Counted from the stretch's first letter, positions 26,213 to 39,762 are shown. The stretch: 64,000 nucleotides of DNA from Vicugna vicugna (GCA_013265495.1 MU058009.1:250001-314000); one strand, 5' to 3'. The notes: generated from the letters alone by a model not told the origin. Program-made: numbers and translations.

Positions 26213-27639
26213 ATATGTATATATGTACACACGTATATAATGAATATATGTAATAAATAGCACTGTCACAGTCTTTAAGAAACAATCAAAATAGGAGCTA
26301 TGTCTGAAAATAAATAATGAGCTATATCTCAAGAAAGCCGGAAATAAACAGCTATGGTAGTTCAAAGGCAAGAAAATTTCGTTTTGCCTGGTTGGAAGGG
26401 CCTGCTGAAGTCAGGGGCCCTGATTTAACTACAGGTATTGGGGGAAGAAAAAATAAACCTTCAATCCATGCTGAAAGGAGAAAATGGTTCCTTGCCATAA
26501 GATCCGTCCGCTAGATCATGACTGGCCCTTGGGAACTGGTGATCCCGGATGGCGTGCTGGGCTCCACTGGCCTTGCTGGCTCTTCCAGATGGGGATCCTG
26601 CTCCATCGCCCCAAATCTCACACACCAATCTCAATGAGAACTCAACTCCGTGTCTCAAGCAGGGAATCATTCTGAGGCTTCAGGCTGCTTCTTAGAGACG
26701 TCAGGGGAGGCCCCAGGGGGATGCAAAGCCAGTGCCGTTTCTGATGGCTGACTTCGCCAGGACATGTCGGGTTAGTGCTCGCCATCCCGGAGCCCAACTA
26801 GATCTTGAGGCTAAATCTCTTATTTTGCTAGCACTTTAAAGTAAGTGGCAGCAGTTCATGCATAATTACTTCTGAATTATCGAGGGGATTCATCAGGTGT
26901 GATTATAGACGCATAATGGATTTACCAAATTTGCAGGTATTAGGGAGATATTAAATCCATATGAAACCTCACAATTCATTCATGTGCCATTTGTTTTCAT
27001 TCCTTTTTCATAATAAGCTAATTAGTTTAAATTATTTGTACCTGTACAGGGTCTTGAAACACACATAAGGAATGATGACTCCAGTGCACCCAATACACGG
27101 GAAGTCCTGGAGACGGCATCAATTGTGATAAAGGGTTCATCAAGCAGTGGGTGTTCAATTTTCCCATTTGGGGTGGTAATAACAGGTCTAATCATGACAC
27201 CTCCGTAAGGTTGTGGGAGGTCCCCAATTAACGCTTCTGAATTCAGATATTGAGGAGAAGGTGGAGGAAGTCATGATGTCTCCTAGAGAATGAGGCAAAA
27301 AAAAGGGAAGTCGGACCTCCTTCCCACCAAAGGGGAAAAGATGAGCTGGTGAGGGCCTGTTAACTCTGGGCCCGGAGGCCGACAGGCACCCGTGGCCTGT
27401 GGCCTGTCCAGAGGCCTCCTTTGAGAGGAACCCGTGCTTCTAGGGGGGTCACCTGAAAGCTGGGATTTCAGCCTTTCAGAAAGGAAGGACGGGCTTCTTT
27501 CAGTTCGGGTCCCCTTTTATTTCTTCTTCTTTTTTTTTTTTAATGTGTAATTGGTCCCCTCTGGCCAATGAGCCTGGGTAGGCAGGACGGGGCCTGGACT
27601 GAGCTCACCGAAGGAGCCCATGGTCATGGTGACAGAAGC

Positions 27640-27890
27640 CACCACACTTGGGGCACATTCTGAATGCCAGGCAGGGCGGTTGGCGCTCTGCAGACACTGT
27701 GTCGTCCCATCCTCATAGCAGCCCTATGCTGTAGATTCTATTATTACCTCCGCGTCACAGGTCAGGGGACTTTGGGCAGGAGGGCATACAACTTGCCCAG
27801 GGTCATCCATTCAACCAGTAAGGGGCAGGGCGGGGTCCCTGGGGATGTTTGATTCTGAAGCCCTGCCCTTAATCATATGCAGTACAGTCT
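27640..27890 (-). mobile_element. MIR SINE
   Basis: atcctcatagcagccctatgctgtagattctattattacc...aacttgcccagggtca...tgattctgaagccctgcccttaatca. Confidence 0.8.
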
Positions 27891-28574
27891 CCTGTCTTCC
27901 CTGCTATCATAACCTCATCGAAGCTACCACTGTTACTACCACCCCACATGGGGAGCTTGGAAGAGTTATTCTTTTTTGAAATCTTAATACCAAATTTTCA
28001 CTCCACAGGGCATCCGCCAGGTCAGAGGCCTTCAGATTCCGCCCTCCCCCCGGGTTCTTTTCTGTGGAGCAGCAACAAAAGGACCAGCCACCCGGCAAGT
28101 CTCCTCCTGCCGTGAGAGGAGCCTCCACAGGGGTTAATGCAAAAAGGAGTTCTGCTTTGGATGAGACACCAGTTTAATTTATATTTGATTAAAAAAGTCA
28201 TTCATTCATGCATCCAGCAGCCAGCATTTGTTAAATGTCTCCTACACTCTTAATTGGGTTTTGTTGCGGGGGGAGGGGGGGGAGGGAGCAAGTATAATAA
28301 AGCTTATGCCAGACACCTTGTTTATAATTTTCTTGGAAGAATATATGTACACACCTGAAAAGTTAAGTAAACAAGAGAGTGATTGAATAACCAGGCAACT
28401 GAGAGATGCAGACAGGGGGCCTACTGCAGTCAGACGGAGGAGACAGCACTGGGGCCTGGCGTGATCCTGGAAGGCGTCTTAGAAGAAGAAGCGCGTGAGC
28501 TGCTCCCTGAAGGACGGGCCGGGATGGGATGGCAGAAGGGGCACCGACTGGACCCAGTGAGGAAGACAAGCTCT

Positions 28575-28780
28575 TGGCCTCAGTCTTAACTAGGTGTTTG
28601 ACCCTGGGGTCTAGTGCCTCACTTTTCTTGCTCTAAGATGAGGGTGAAGATACTTGACAGGATTGTCGTGAAATTCGAATAGGGAAATGGATACAGAACG
28701 GCCCTGAAATATGTCAAGGGCAATGCAGACGCCAGATATTGCGTGAGAGAAAGCAACCCCAGGGGCAGGCGTCCTATAAC
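28575..28780 (+). mobile_element. MIR fragment
   Basis: gtgcctcacttttcttgctctaagatgaggg...acaggattgtcgtgaaattcgaatag. Confidence 0.6.
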
Positions 28781-31429
28781 ACGCATCTCCAGGTGCCGCT
28801 CTTTGAGCTCTGTTCCAGCTCGGAGGGACAGTTGAGCCCAGCTCGGTCCTGGCAGCATTCAGGATGGCCCGCTGCTGCCCAGCACAACGAGCAGAGCCCG
28901 TCTGCCTGGTGGGAGAAGCTGGGCGAGATGGGGTAAGGCCCCCGGGCCATTCTGAAGGCTCCCTGATGTTACACACAGGAAGCACATTGAGATCTGAGGA
29001 TGGGAGGTGGGAGGCTCTTGAAGTTTCTCCCACCTCTCGTGCTAGCAAATGGAAAATGACACCTCCGTTCCACTATAGCCGTATTCAGTTGCGCCAAAAA
29101 GGGAGGTGGAAAGGATAGCTTGCAAATGTCTATCTGCAGATCCCGGGGGAGATGCCCCAACTTCTCCCTGGTTGGAACTGCCTGGAGGGCAGGGCCACGT
29201 CTTCTCTACCATCCTCCTCCACCCCAGGCTCAAAGCCAGCACCCATCTCCACCTCAGTCACAGGGAGGCCACAGCCCACAATTCTGGAGTCTAATGACTC
29301 TGGTTCTCCCCACCAGGGATCTCTGGTTCCTGGGGAGGGGCGCCTGGACACGTTAACTTCCACTTTGATCTCTGTGTCAGTTTCAGTAGGCTGATGAGTG
29401 AGGACTCACGGTTAGGATACCTGGGGCAGAGGGAGCTGGGGCGCCTTCCCGACTGGGAACGGTGACTTTACCACTAAAAGCTGCTAAAGGATGGGTCTTC
29501 TCCTTAGCACCCGGGACTTTTTCCATTTCAGTGATAGGATGAAGGATCGACCCCAAGAAGGTGGGTCTAGAACACTTAAACTGAACGGAATTCGACGTGA
29601 ATGCTGCCCCTGAAGTCCTGAAGACGAGGACAGGCTGGGCCTTTCCGGGGAGACCTCCAAGGAGGGAGTTTCCTACGGGTCACCTTACAGAGCAGAGGAG
29701 CAGGTGTAACCTAGGAAGCTCCTCTGCTTCAGACAGATGCCCCTCCCCTCCCCTTCTGCCCGCCTGAGAACGTGATGGCTGCATCTGTCTGGAGGGAGCA
29801 CTGGGCTTGGGCCACGCCTCTCCAGACCTTTCCAGCTGCAGCCACACCGCCTGACATTGTAGGAGGTCTGAGCCCCTCAGAATCTCAGACTCCTGGACTC
29901 AGTGGAATCTTGTGTATCTGAATCTCCATTTGCTTTCCCTTCCATGATGCCTCAGTGCTTTTTAATTTTATTTTAAACCATATGAGTGTTTTAAGGATTT
30001 GCTTCTTTAAAGCTTTTCCCTCTTCTCCGTAAGTTTTATTAGTAACCTACTAGCTAATAGGCCAGGGGTCTGCAGAGGGCTATTCACTCACCCTAGAGGT
30101 AACTCCTTGGTCTTTCCTGGCCTTAAAAAGACAGCTTAAGCCGTCAGATTTTAATTAGGGTGGAAGAAGACGTTGAGAGACGTCCCCAGCTCACCCACTG
30201 GCAAAGGCTGCATTAACTGTGGGTCTTACCCACCGTGGACAGGTGGTGCAGGTGTGTACCTGCCTGTCTGTGCTGGTGGCTGGTGATCTGGCAGCTCTGG
30301 CAGAGATTTGTGAAAAGGAGACAGGGTAGGGTTATGGAGAAAGGGGACTAGTCACTTGCATCAGGATAATTTTTCCTGATGTCAAAACCTCATCCAGGAG
30401 AGCTTCTGCTGTTGCTTGCTTTTATCCAGAAAACAATGTAAGTGGTATCTCTTGAAATTAGGTCACAGCTTGCAAAGGCAGGGGCTTGCCAAGGTGCTAA
30501 CTGCCTGAATTCTCCGTGGGTTTACACAGCTCTCTGCTCTGACAAATACCTTCTTTGTTTCTCTGAAAAGTCTGACTGGCTGAAGCATTCATGCCTGCCT
30601 CTTTTCTCCTACACCCCCCCCAAAACAACAACTGAATTTCGAAGGTTAAAAATCACTTCACTTGTCAACTCAAAAGCTCTCCCTCCTCCTATCAAGTTGC
30701 TTCCTTTCCTACCCAGGGAAGGAAGCTACTGCGTTCTCACTCTGGGGACTGGAAGCCACTTTGAGAAGAGAGAGGGGGTACAGTTCTCACAACACACTTG
30801 TCATCTCCAGAGCAGGATGTGCCAGGCTGCCCCGGAGAGCCGTACGAAGGCTGGGTCCCAGCTGTTTCAGTGGGTGCCCAGCTAGAGGGAAGGTCCTGGT
30901 GGCCTGGTCTCCTTAGCCTTGTCTGGGGCTCGGGTCTCTACGTGGTGACACCACGACAGAAATTCCACCCACTCTGCTCAAACAGGGGGAAACAACACAG
31001 CAGCAAAAGCAAACATCAGCTTTATTTGGCTTTTGAGGCCAAAATTACCTTTTTCTTATTCTTCCTGTTCCTGACACTTTGTTACTGACTAAGGTGTTGT
31101 CGATAAAACGCTGTGACTCTAAAAGGTGGGTGGGGCCTGAGAAGGGTGACAGGAGGTGCTGGAAGCTAATTAGAATCCTCCAGAAGTGGGTGGAAATGAA
31201 AACCTGAGCTACAAAGTCCTGAGGGCTCCCTGGACTCTGGGCTGTCAATTATCTTTGCTCTGCCAAGGGGTCAAAAACTGGACATGTCTCTGGAACCAGA
31301 AATAGCAGGTGTTCACAGGAGCAGTGTTTGGTGAGGGGGGTCAGGAGGACTACAGAGTTTGTAGTCATGCCAGTGCTTTTGCCATTCATACCGGTGAGGT
31401 TTTGGGCTTTTTTAAAATTTTATTTTAAA

Positions 31430-31570
31430 ATCATCATCTCTCTTCACTTCTTCATGTGCAGAATGAAGTTTCTTCATTTACAGAAACGTTTAAATCAGAC
31501 AACGTATTGAAAACTCTTGGCTCACAATAAGCCTCCAACAATGGCTATTGTTATGATTGTTTTGTTATCT
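31430..31570 (+). mobile_element. MIR fragment
   Basis: cttcttcatgtgcagaatga...ttaaatcagacaacgtattgaaaactc...atggctattgttatgatt. Confidence 0.55.
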
Positions 31571-34199
31571 TCTGGGAAGGAAATCGAATAAAAGAGGCTG
31601 TCATTGGAGTCTCTGGAAAACCTGGCGTAATGGCTTCCAATCTTTGTTTCTTAAGTAGTGGATTTATTTTCAGATGAGATTTTACGTGGAATCTCAACAA
31701 ATAAAGTTGGTATCAGTAAGGTATAAGGCAGTGGGTGAAAGGGGGTGGTGCGGTCCTGGCTCCTGCCTTCTCAGCTTCCCCACTGACTGCAGAGGCAGTT
31801 TGGACTTTCTTGGAACCACAAGGCTCTGAGGGGCTCAGTTAGAAAGCTGCTGGCTTGGAGTATTGGGGAAATAGTGGATTGTTTCAAAAAAAGTAGAGTC
31901 CAGCCTAATATCTGGCTAGTTAACATGTTTTGGTGAACCAAGCAACCAATCCAGAGTGAGATGATCAGGAGAAACCTCCAGGTGGGACAGGACACAGGTT
32001 TGCCGGGTGAGAGCTGGTGGAACCGATGCCCAGGGATGTGCTCTTTGGAAGAGAAAGGGCAGGGTCTTTTCCTTTTTCTCACCTGGAGTGGGGCCAGGAA
32101 TTGTGGAAAGTCAGGGCTTGCAAATGGGTTGGGGTTGAGGTGGAGTAAGGGGATAGAGAAAATAATATAGAGACTGGCTGTCTCCACCCCAGACAGGGCT
32201 CTGTGTGGGCTCTGGGAGGGCGTGAGAATCGGCTGGGGTTCCTGCAGATGGGGTCGGCTGGAGCTGTGCAGTCTGACCATGTCGATGCAGAACCCTGTGA
32301 TGTGTTCAGTTGTGGCAATGCTTTTGGAGTTCTATTGCTCCTTTCCCTTTTGCTTCCTCTTAGTTTTCAGCAAAATTCCATCTGGCTTTACCTCTAGCTA
32401 CTGGAAAAGACCAGGAAATAACTTGACTAGATCAAGGTCAGCAAAGCTAGCAGAGTGCAGGTAATGACCAGTCCACAAAGCTCTCCTCACTGGATGCTCC
32501 TGAACCTAGCAGAGAAAATCACCATTGCCAAAGCCTGGAGATCACTCGGTTCCTCTGTGATTCAGTCAAGCTCTCCCGCTTCTAGAAGGGTCCAGAACAC
32601 TCCTTATCCCCATGGGATCCCTTCTCAGGGAAGTGTTTCTAAGGCTTGCAGCTTCAGTACCCTAGCACTGCCATGTCTGTGTCGGTAATGCCCAGGATGA
32701 GAAGGCTCTGTCTTACTGCAAGAACCAGGGAACTTTCCATGGTCCTGAATGCTGTGGCTGCCTACCTCGCTTTTGCACATCAGTAGGTATATCCAGCTTC
32801 AAGGAGACTGTCATTTCTATATAATTCAGGACTTGGTACCTTTCATTCTCTGGGGAAACACATAACCCAAACTTCCTAAGCTGCTCCTAAAGAAAAAGCC
32901 GAGATGCCACTTTAGTCCTGCACGGGCTTTCTGGTCTGATTCCTCATCTCAGGGCTCGAGGTGACTCAGGGATGTATCTTGCTATTTTTGTGACCTGTTG
33001 GCATCTCAGTAATGAATGTTCACCACCACTGTGCCCTCATTTAGCCTCATAACCTCAATAAAGTAATATCTGATTTGTGCTAAGTATCTGATTAAACAAC
33101 ATAAAGTATTTAACCTTTTGATCTGTTATACCTTGCCAGCCCTACACTCCTGAATAGACTTTAATTACTGAGTTGGAGAGCTTTCCTGAACAGGATTTGC
33201 ATCTCGTTAAGGCCTTTCCTCTGTCTTGAGGGCTCCATGTCAACAGCTTCTCTCGTTGCCTCTGGGCCTTATTCCACTTCCTCCTCCTCCACCACACCCT
33301 GCGTGATTCTGCCTCAAGACTGACAACATTTGGTTGATCTACCAGGAGTACTGTCCTTTATGTGACCATGAATCCTACTGCTTATTTTAGAAAGTCAATG
33401 ATCACATAAACAATTGGACTTGTTACTTTGCCCACCCTGATCTTTGGAGCAGGGGAAGTTGTCCAGAGTGACAATCCCATTTTAGGCAGTTGGTCCCAGC
33501 TGTTGGATTGACCTAACCCTTATGTCTCACACAGAGAACAGGCCAGTGGGCATCCATCAGAGGATCACAGAAAACCATTTCAACTGGCTAATTAGTTAGC
33601 TAATTGCTCTAGTCTTAACCATCTCTTAGAAAGCTACAGAAAATCATACTTTTTTCCTCTTGCCTGCAAGGATATAGTTATGAATGTTAATAACAATTAG
33701 CTGATTTACATGCTGTCTTTCCTTCAAGAATCTCAAACATGCTGGGTTTGTTTATTTTTTTCTCTTATTTTAAAATTGGCTCTACAAAGACTGAGATAGC
33801 TTCTCCACGGGTCCTTCCAAAATGAGAATAACACCCCATAGAATTAAGAGAATTCAATGAGAAAAATTCATGTGGAACATTCACAATAATTCTGGCTGAC
33901 TCACAGGCAGTAGCTATATTACTGTGTCATCGAAGAAGGCTCTGGGCTTGTGAGTCGCCTGTGCATTTCTGGACATGGTCAGGCTGGGATGAAGGTGCGC
34001 TGGTCCAAGTGTCTAGACACTTGGTGAAGGCTGCCCACCTGGTGAAGGCTGCCCCACCCCAAATCTACGGTCCCTACTGGCCCATCACAAATCACACTTG
34101 GACCACAACACAATGGTTTATGGAGGAAAAGGCCCTGAAAATGCTGATGTTTATCTTCACTTAAGCCACTTCCCAGCGTCAGATCAGAAGCAGAGTCTG

Positions 34200-34372
34200 A
34201 ATGGTTCTCTAAACAGAGCGAGTCTCTCAAAGGGTCATGTGCTTGACAACAATGCAAATGGAAGGAACCCACCCCATCCAAACTAGAATTTTTGTGAGTA
34301 GAGCCCAGTATTTGAAATTAAAACAAGCTCCTTGGGTGATTCTTATGTTCAGTAAAGTCTGAGAACCACTTC
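34200..34372. mobile_element. MER5-type hAT MITE
   Basis: aatggttctc start; aaacaagctccttgggtgattcttatg...agtctgagaaccact end. Confidence 0.75.
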
Positions 34373-36135
34373 CCACCACGTGGTCCCTTTCAAGCCAACC
34401 CTTGCGATAAACTTCCAAGACAGGCTGAGCTTGTGAGATGCTTACTCTGCAGGAGAATCTGACAGGCTCCACGTCCCAGGTGGCATTCTGGTGCTAAAGG
34501 GGGCAGTCAAAATTCAGGGTGGCCACCAAGCAGGGGTAACTGTGCAGACTGTAGAGAGAGTGGCTGGGAGCAGCTCCTGACATCCCTGCCAGGATCTGGG
34601 GCAGACAGCGGGCACCAGCAACCCCACGGGGGGCACGCAGGGCCAAGTGGGGCCCCTGGTGGGAAGGGACAAGCCCGGCAGTGCCCACAAAACCACTGAA
34701 ACAGAGGTCCACAGCCCTTTATGCAGCCTCTGCAGATACTTAGGGAGCATCTGCAACTCCAGGCTGGCTTCCCTCTGTTACCATGATACAACTGGGAGGC
34801 TCACCCCCACTTCCAAATGATGCCACCTCAGAGAATGCAAACTCTGCTACAAGTGAAACACAGACAATCCATGGAAAATACGATGCTCTGGGAAACACAC
34901 TCACGCATACACACTTACATGCACTGCATCATTGCATTTGTTCCAAAGCCAATAAAAGCGATTTTCAGATAATCTGCTATTTTGGATTATCTGCACCACT
35001 GCTCGCCTCCATTAGCATGGCTAATTGAGAACTGACTGTGTGTCTTGGACCATTTCCAAGAAGGGAACCCATTGTCTGGACGATGAGAGTTCCCGTGAGA
35101 GCCAAGTAAATGGCTGGAAACGTCAGGTTGATGCCCATTGGAGGAGGAACAAACTTTTAAGGGTGACCTGACCATTATCAGGCCAGAGAAAGCAATCTTG
35201 TTCGGCATGTCACATTGATTGCCAAGGCAGTAAACCATCAAACTGTCTCCCAGCTAGAACATGCACTGACACTGAGAAAGATGAAGCTTGGTTAGTAAAG
35301 GATGAAGCCATTCCAAGAACCAATAAAAGATGCAATATGGTTTCCCCTGGGCTGTATATTAACACCATCCAGGAAGCTAGAGGGATAGAGGTTTGACTCT
35401 GCTTTGCTTTGACTTTTGCATAGCAAGGAGGAGACACTAAAGAAACCAGACACTAAAGAAACCACTGCTGTTTACGTGTCACAGCCACGCTATTCTCTCA
35501 TTTAACATCTTGGTGAAATATCCTAAATAGATTTCAAAACCAAACATACTAAGGAAAAAAAAAAAAGAAAAAGAAAGAAAAAAAGACAGCACAAAGTTGT
35601 AACTGCCTTCTGGGTAGCTGTGTTTTGGATGGTGTCATTTTTCTTATGACATAAGCTCCCAGATGGCACAGACGTTGTCTCTCGGAATAAATAGGAACTA
35701 GCAGTGGGTCATGCCTCCTGTGGGTTTCTGATAAGCCCTGTTTGCTTGTGTGCTGTTTATCACAAAGAGAACAGGTACCATTGTCAGACAGGCTCATGAG
35801 CTACCTTCTGTAAGAAGCAGGAGAGAAGTGCCCCTACAACTTTCACAATTCTGTGTTCTGTCCCAAATGAGAATAAGAAATGAATGTCCTGGGCTGAAAG
35901 GTAATTGAAGGAGGTGGTACATTACTCAGGTGGGCCAGAGAGCCTACGTCTGGGGTTCATTTGTACTCATAGGGTCTTTTCAGTGGGTTCCCTATCAGCT
36001 GGAGATCCTGCTGACTCTGTTTCTGCCAGGTCACCCATGACCCCACCCCCTATCAGAACTAGCAGACGTGGGCTGCGAAGATTACCCCTGCAGGGTTCTG
36101 AGGGCAACTGTCTATGGCTTTGGGGATGATGTAGA

Positions 36136-36310
36136 CAGAGTGGTTTCCACCACTGGCTGCTTAAGATCCCATGGGGGAACATAAAAAACAGATACCCAAG
36201 CTTCGCCTCCAAAGATTCTGATTTAATTGGTCTGAGGTGGGACCCCAATGTGGGTAATTTTATAAAGCACCCTGGAGAATCTATGTGCAGTCAGGGTTGA
36301 GATGGTCTGA
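36136..36310. mobile_element. MER5B-type hAT MITE
   Basis: agattctgatttaattggtctgaggtggg...gtgcagtcagggttgaga. Confidence 0.8.
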
Positions 36311-36710
36311 GCAGAAATCTCTACTGGGATCTGAGTGAAAACAGGAGACCCTGGTTCAGTTCACAAAGCTGAGGCCGAAACCCAGCCTTGGAAATGGCCT
36401 TCCTCCTCCTAAGAGTGGTGAGGGGAGGGAGGCGCGGACAGGAAGGGAAGAGGGGATGGGAGAAACAGAGAGGGCCAAAAGCCTACTGAGAGGAGAAAAA
36501 TAAGATTGATTTTCCCTGAATAGTTTTGTTTTTTTTTTTGCCACCAGGGTCTGAAAGGTGAAAGCTGTGTTTACTCTTACCCCTGAAAAGTGTTATCATT
36601 TAGGAAAATGTAGTATTTCCACCAGCAATCACAGAGGAGTCAGGCACCTGCTGAACAGCAGCATGAGGGCCTAATAAAAGGAGAAAATGCACTGCTATGA
36701 CCAAGAGCCC

Positions 36711-36724
36711 ATTACCATGGCAAC
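36711..36724. promoter_or_regulatory. candidate RFX X-box
   Basis: ATTACCATGGCAAC, one mismatch to GTTRCCATGGYAAC. Confidence 0.45.
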
Positions 36725-38340
36725 TGCCAGTGACTTTGGGGAATCTGCTCATTGACCATCAAAGAAACCAGAAAAGGGGGCAGGCCCCTTGGAGAACACG
36801 GTGATGTTGGAAATGGCAAAGCAGAGCGTGTGACTTATCAAGGGAGGGACGTCTGGGGAGGGAAATAAGAAGAGGCCCTGAGCATCACCTCTGTTTCAAA
36901 TGGGTTCTCGACAGCAGGCTCTTTAGCTGTCTAGAGTGTCTCACTTTTTCCGAAGTCATTTCTTTTTCCTTTCTTTGTTCCATCTCTCCTCTTACTCATG
37001 TATATCTACTCAGAACAGGAGTCAGGGATCCACGCTCCCTGTGCACTGGCCTCTCCTCGGCAGAGATGCTGTTGAAGAGCAGGTGTCAGGTTGCTGCTCA
37101 GGCTTGGCCCGGGAGGAAGCAGCGGAAACAGTGCCGTGGAGTCTGGGCAACTGCCGACTCGCCAAGGCGGGAGGGGGCCGTGGAGGAAGCTTCTGTATCA
37201 TGTCTTGGTTTAACAAGGCAAAGCCACTGAGGGCTTCTCTCCCACAACTCCTGGTTCTCCACAGGGAGGTGACGGTTTCTCCTGCACAGGGATAGACGGA
37301 GCTGTTTGTCATAATTAAAACATCTCCCAGGAGCGTGTGCTCCGCTTTTCTCGGGAAGTCACACAAATAGCTCGTGCCCAGGGAAGTGGGGGGTGGCACT
37401 CCAGGGATGCCAGCAAGGGAGGGGCACAGCACCCCTTGGACTTTTACCTCTGAACCTACTGCTCCTTGTGGCAGATTCCAGGTTCCATCTGAGCAGCTGA
37501 AGAAGGTTGAAAGGCCTTGGAGCTCTTGGGCAATTTCTAATTTCTGAGCTTGCTCTGATTATCAGCACGGGCGAGGCGCCGCAATCGTGCCTAAAGCTCT
37601 AGGCGTAGACTGGCAGGAGAAAGCATGAGGGTCACTGGCCTGGAGGCTGGAGGGAATTCGCTGTGTGGGGTGTGTGTGGGAGAGTGGGAGAGCCCGTGCC
37701 CCTGGCACGAGGGGAATCAACCAGACTCTGCCCAGGGTGGGAGTTCTGCACGGCAACCGGATCAAGGCTTAGGTTTTCATTAAAATTTCCGTTAATGCTG
37801 GAGCTGTTCAGAGCAAGTGGAGTGGGATATCCGCAACGCACCTTCCACCCTCTATTACCAATCTGAGGATCAGAGGGAGGATGTGCACTTTTCCTGGGTC
37901 CGTCTGCATTTCCGCATCATTAGTATCATCATTCCCAGCACCTACTCTATGCAGCAGGCAGAGTGCGAAGAGCATCACACGGAACCTATCCTTGTCCAAA
38001 GCGACAAACCGGAAGTGCATAAAAGAGGAAGCATGCGGAGGAGGGTGAAGTCCAGGGAAACCTCATGGGGTGGATCTCACTTTTCCGCGTTGAGAAAGGC
38101 TTCCCCCTCCTCCCACCACCTCCTCTAAATGAGACCGGGCTGGAGCAGCCTCAGAGGGACAGAGGGCAGCAGGTCTTCTGCAGGGCTGGGGATACTGAAA
38201 GGGATGAGGGAATTCAGGTCTCATCCTCTTGGGGTCATTTCTATAACAGGGCCACCCAGAGTCTCCCCATCTTTACTAGCTCTGCTGTCTACACCGTCAA
38301 GGCCCATGCCTCCTGTTGTTCCCTGGGCTGTGAGTCGCCT

Positions 38341-38636
38341 TGGAGTTGGCAGACGTTTGGTCCTGTCCTAGACACCCACTAAACACTCAGTGCAAGCCAA
38401 AAAGCCCTAGGCATCTGGGGGACCATTCGGTCCTGCCCCGAATTTCCATGAGACATTTGGCCCATTCCAAAAGGTCCTTGATATTTGGTCCTGTCTTAAG
38501 CCGTGTGGCATGGACCATATGTGCTCCTGGATGTTTTGGATAGTGCCGAATTTCAAGAACCCCTTGGCACGGACCAAATATCTTACGGATGTTTTAGACA
38601 GGACCAAACATCCTGCAGAGCATCTGGGAAACTGGT
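38341..38636. mobile_element. palindromic, internally repetitive element, probably an ancient non-autonomous DNA transposon (hAT-Blackjack-like termini)
   Basis: four forward TTTGGTCCTG-like units then four inverted CAGGACCAAA-like units; ends ggagttggcagacg / catctgggaaact resemble a decayed GGGTTGCCAGATG TIR. Confidence 0.55.
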
Positions 38637-39319
38637 TCCCTTAATTCAGGTCCCTCAAAGGCTGGTTCAGTGACACTTGGCTGAACTGCATCCCTTTCCA
38701 TCCTCAGCGGCAGCCACGCGAATCTGCTTCCTATTCCACAAACGCTCTATGTTCTTGATAGGAATGCCCTGGGGAGAACATCCACCCACAGGTCCTGGAG
38801 CTCATCCCTCTGCATCCAGCCTGATGGCTGCCACCCTTCTCCCTCCAGGCAGGACGAACTATGATCATACTCTAGGTGTCCACAGCCTTCGATATGCTAC
38901 TTATGACATGATGATTATTCAGAGCGTGTCTCTTTTCCCCGTCACACCACGAGCAGAGACCATGTTTTGTTCAGCTTGTATCCTCTGTGTTAAGTGCAGT
39001 GCAAGTCACAGGGCAGCTCCCTGTAAAATTTTGTTGAACTGTCATGAAGTTCCCTCCACCTTCCTGAGGTGAGTCTCATCACTGCTACCGACAAACCAGT
39101 CAACCTGCCTGGCAAGGAAATCCAGACACAGCCACTGCGGTCTGCAGACGACGCTTGTGGGATGATGTTTTCGTTCCACACATATGTTTTGCACCTGAGA
39201 CTGCCAGCTCCGAGGGGAAAATTCTACACTGAGAATATTTTAAAATAAGTTTTAGTGCAGTGGCTCTTAGCCAGGTATGCATATTTCAGGAGACATTTCA
39301 ATGGAAATGTAAGCAAGCC

Positions 39320-39585
39320 CTAGCGGTAAAGAGCATGGAATTTGGAAACATATGACGTGGGTTTCAGGCCCGCCTCCAGCTCTCATCAGCTGTGTGACTC
39401 TGGGAAGTTTTCTTCAACTCCAAGTGTGCTCATTTCTTCGTCTGTAACATGAGGGTCATAATAGTACCTATCACCTAGGGCTGTGAGGAAGATGACATGG
39501 AGTAATTTATGTAAAGAATTTAGAACAGGTTCTTCTTATGCTTGGTGACTATGAGTACATTTGTACTTTTGTCTTTGTTGTTGTT
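39320..39585 (+). mobile_element. MIR SINE, full length
   Basis: tagcggtaaagagcatgg...gctgtgtgactctgggaag...catttcttcgtctgtaacatgagg...aatagtacctatcacctaggg. Confidence 0.9.
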
Positions 39586-39674
39586 GTCCCTGGAGTGGGA
39601 AGATCTGGGCGTTTTTATGCTGAAAAACCTGTTCAGGAGATGCTGAGACTTACACCCTTGGTTCAGAACCATTT

Positions 39675-39762
39675 GTCGTCGTCTTCTTCTTCTTCTTCTT
39701 CTTCTTCTTCTTCTTCTTCTTCTTCTTCTTCCTCCTCCTCCTCCTCCTTCTTCTTCTTCTTC
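39675..39762. repeat. compound trinucleotide microsatellite (GTC)3(TTC)16(CTC)5C(TTC)5
   Basis: counted directly. Confidence 0.97.

Noticed and set aside
38351..38613. CRISPR-like array of ~29-bp repeats
   Set aside because: Units are degenerate, mostly abutting without unique spacers, half are inverted, and the context is mammalian with no cas genes.
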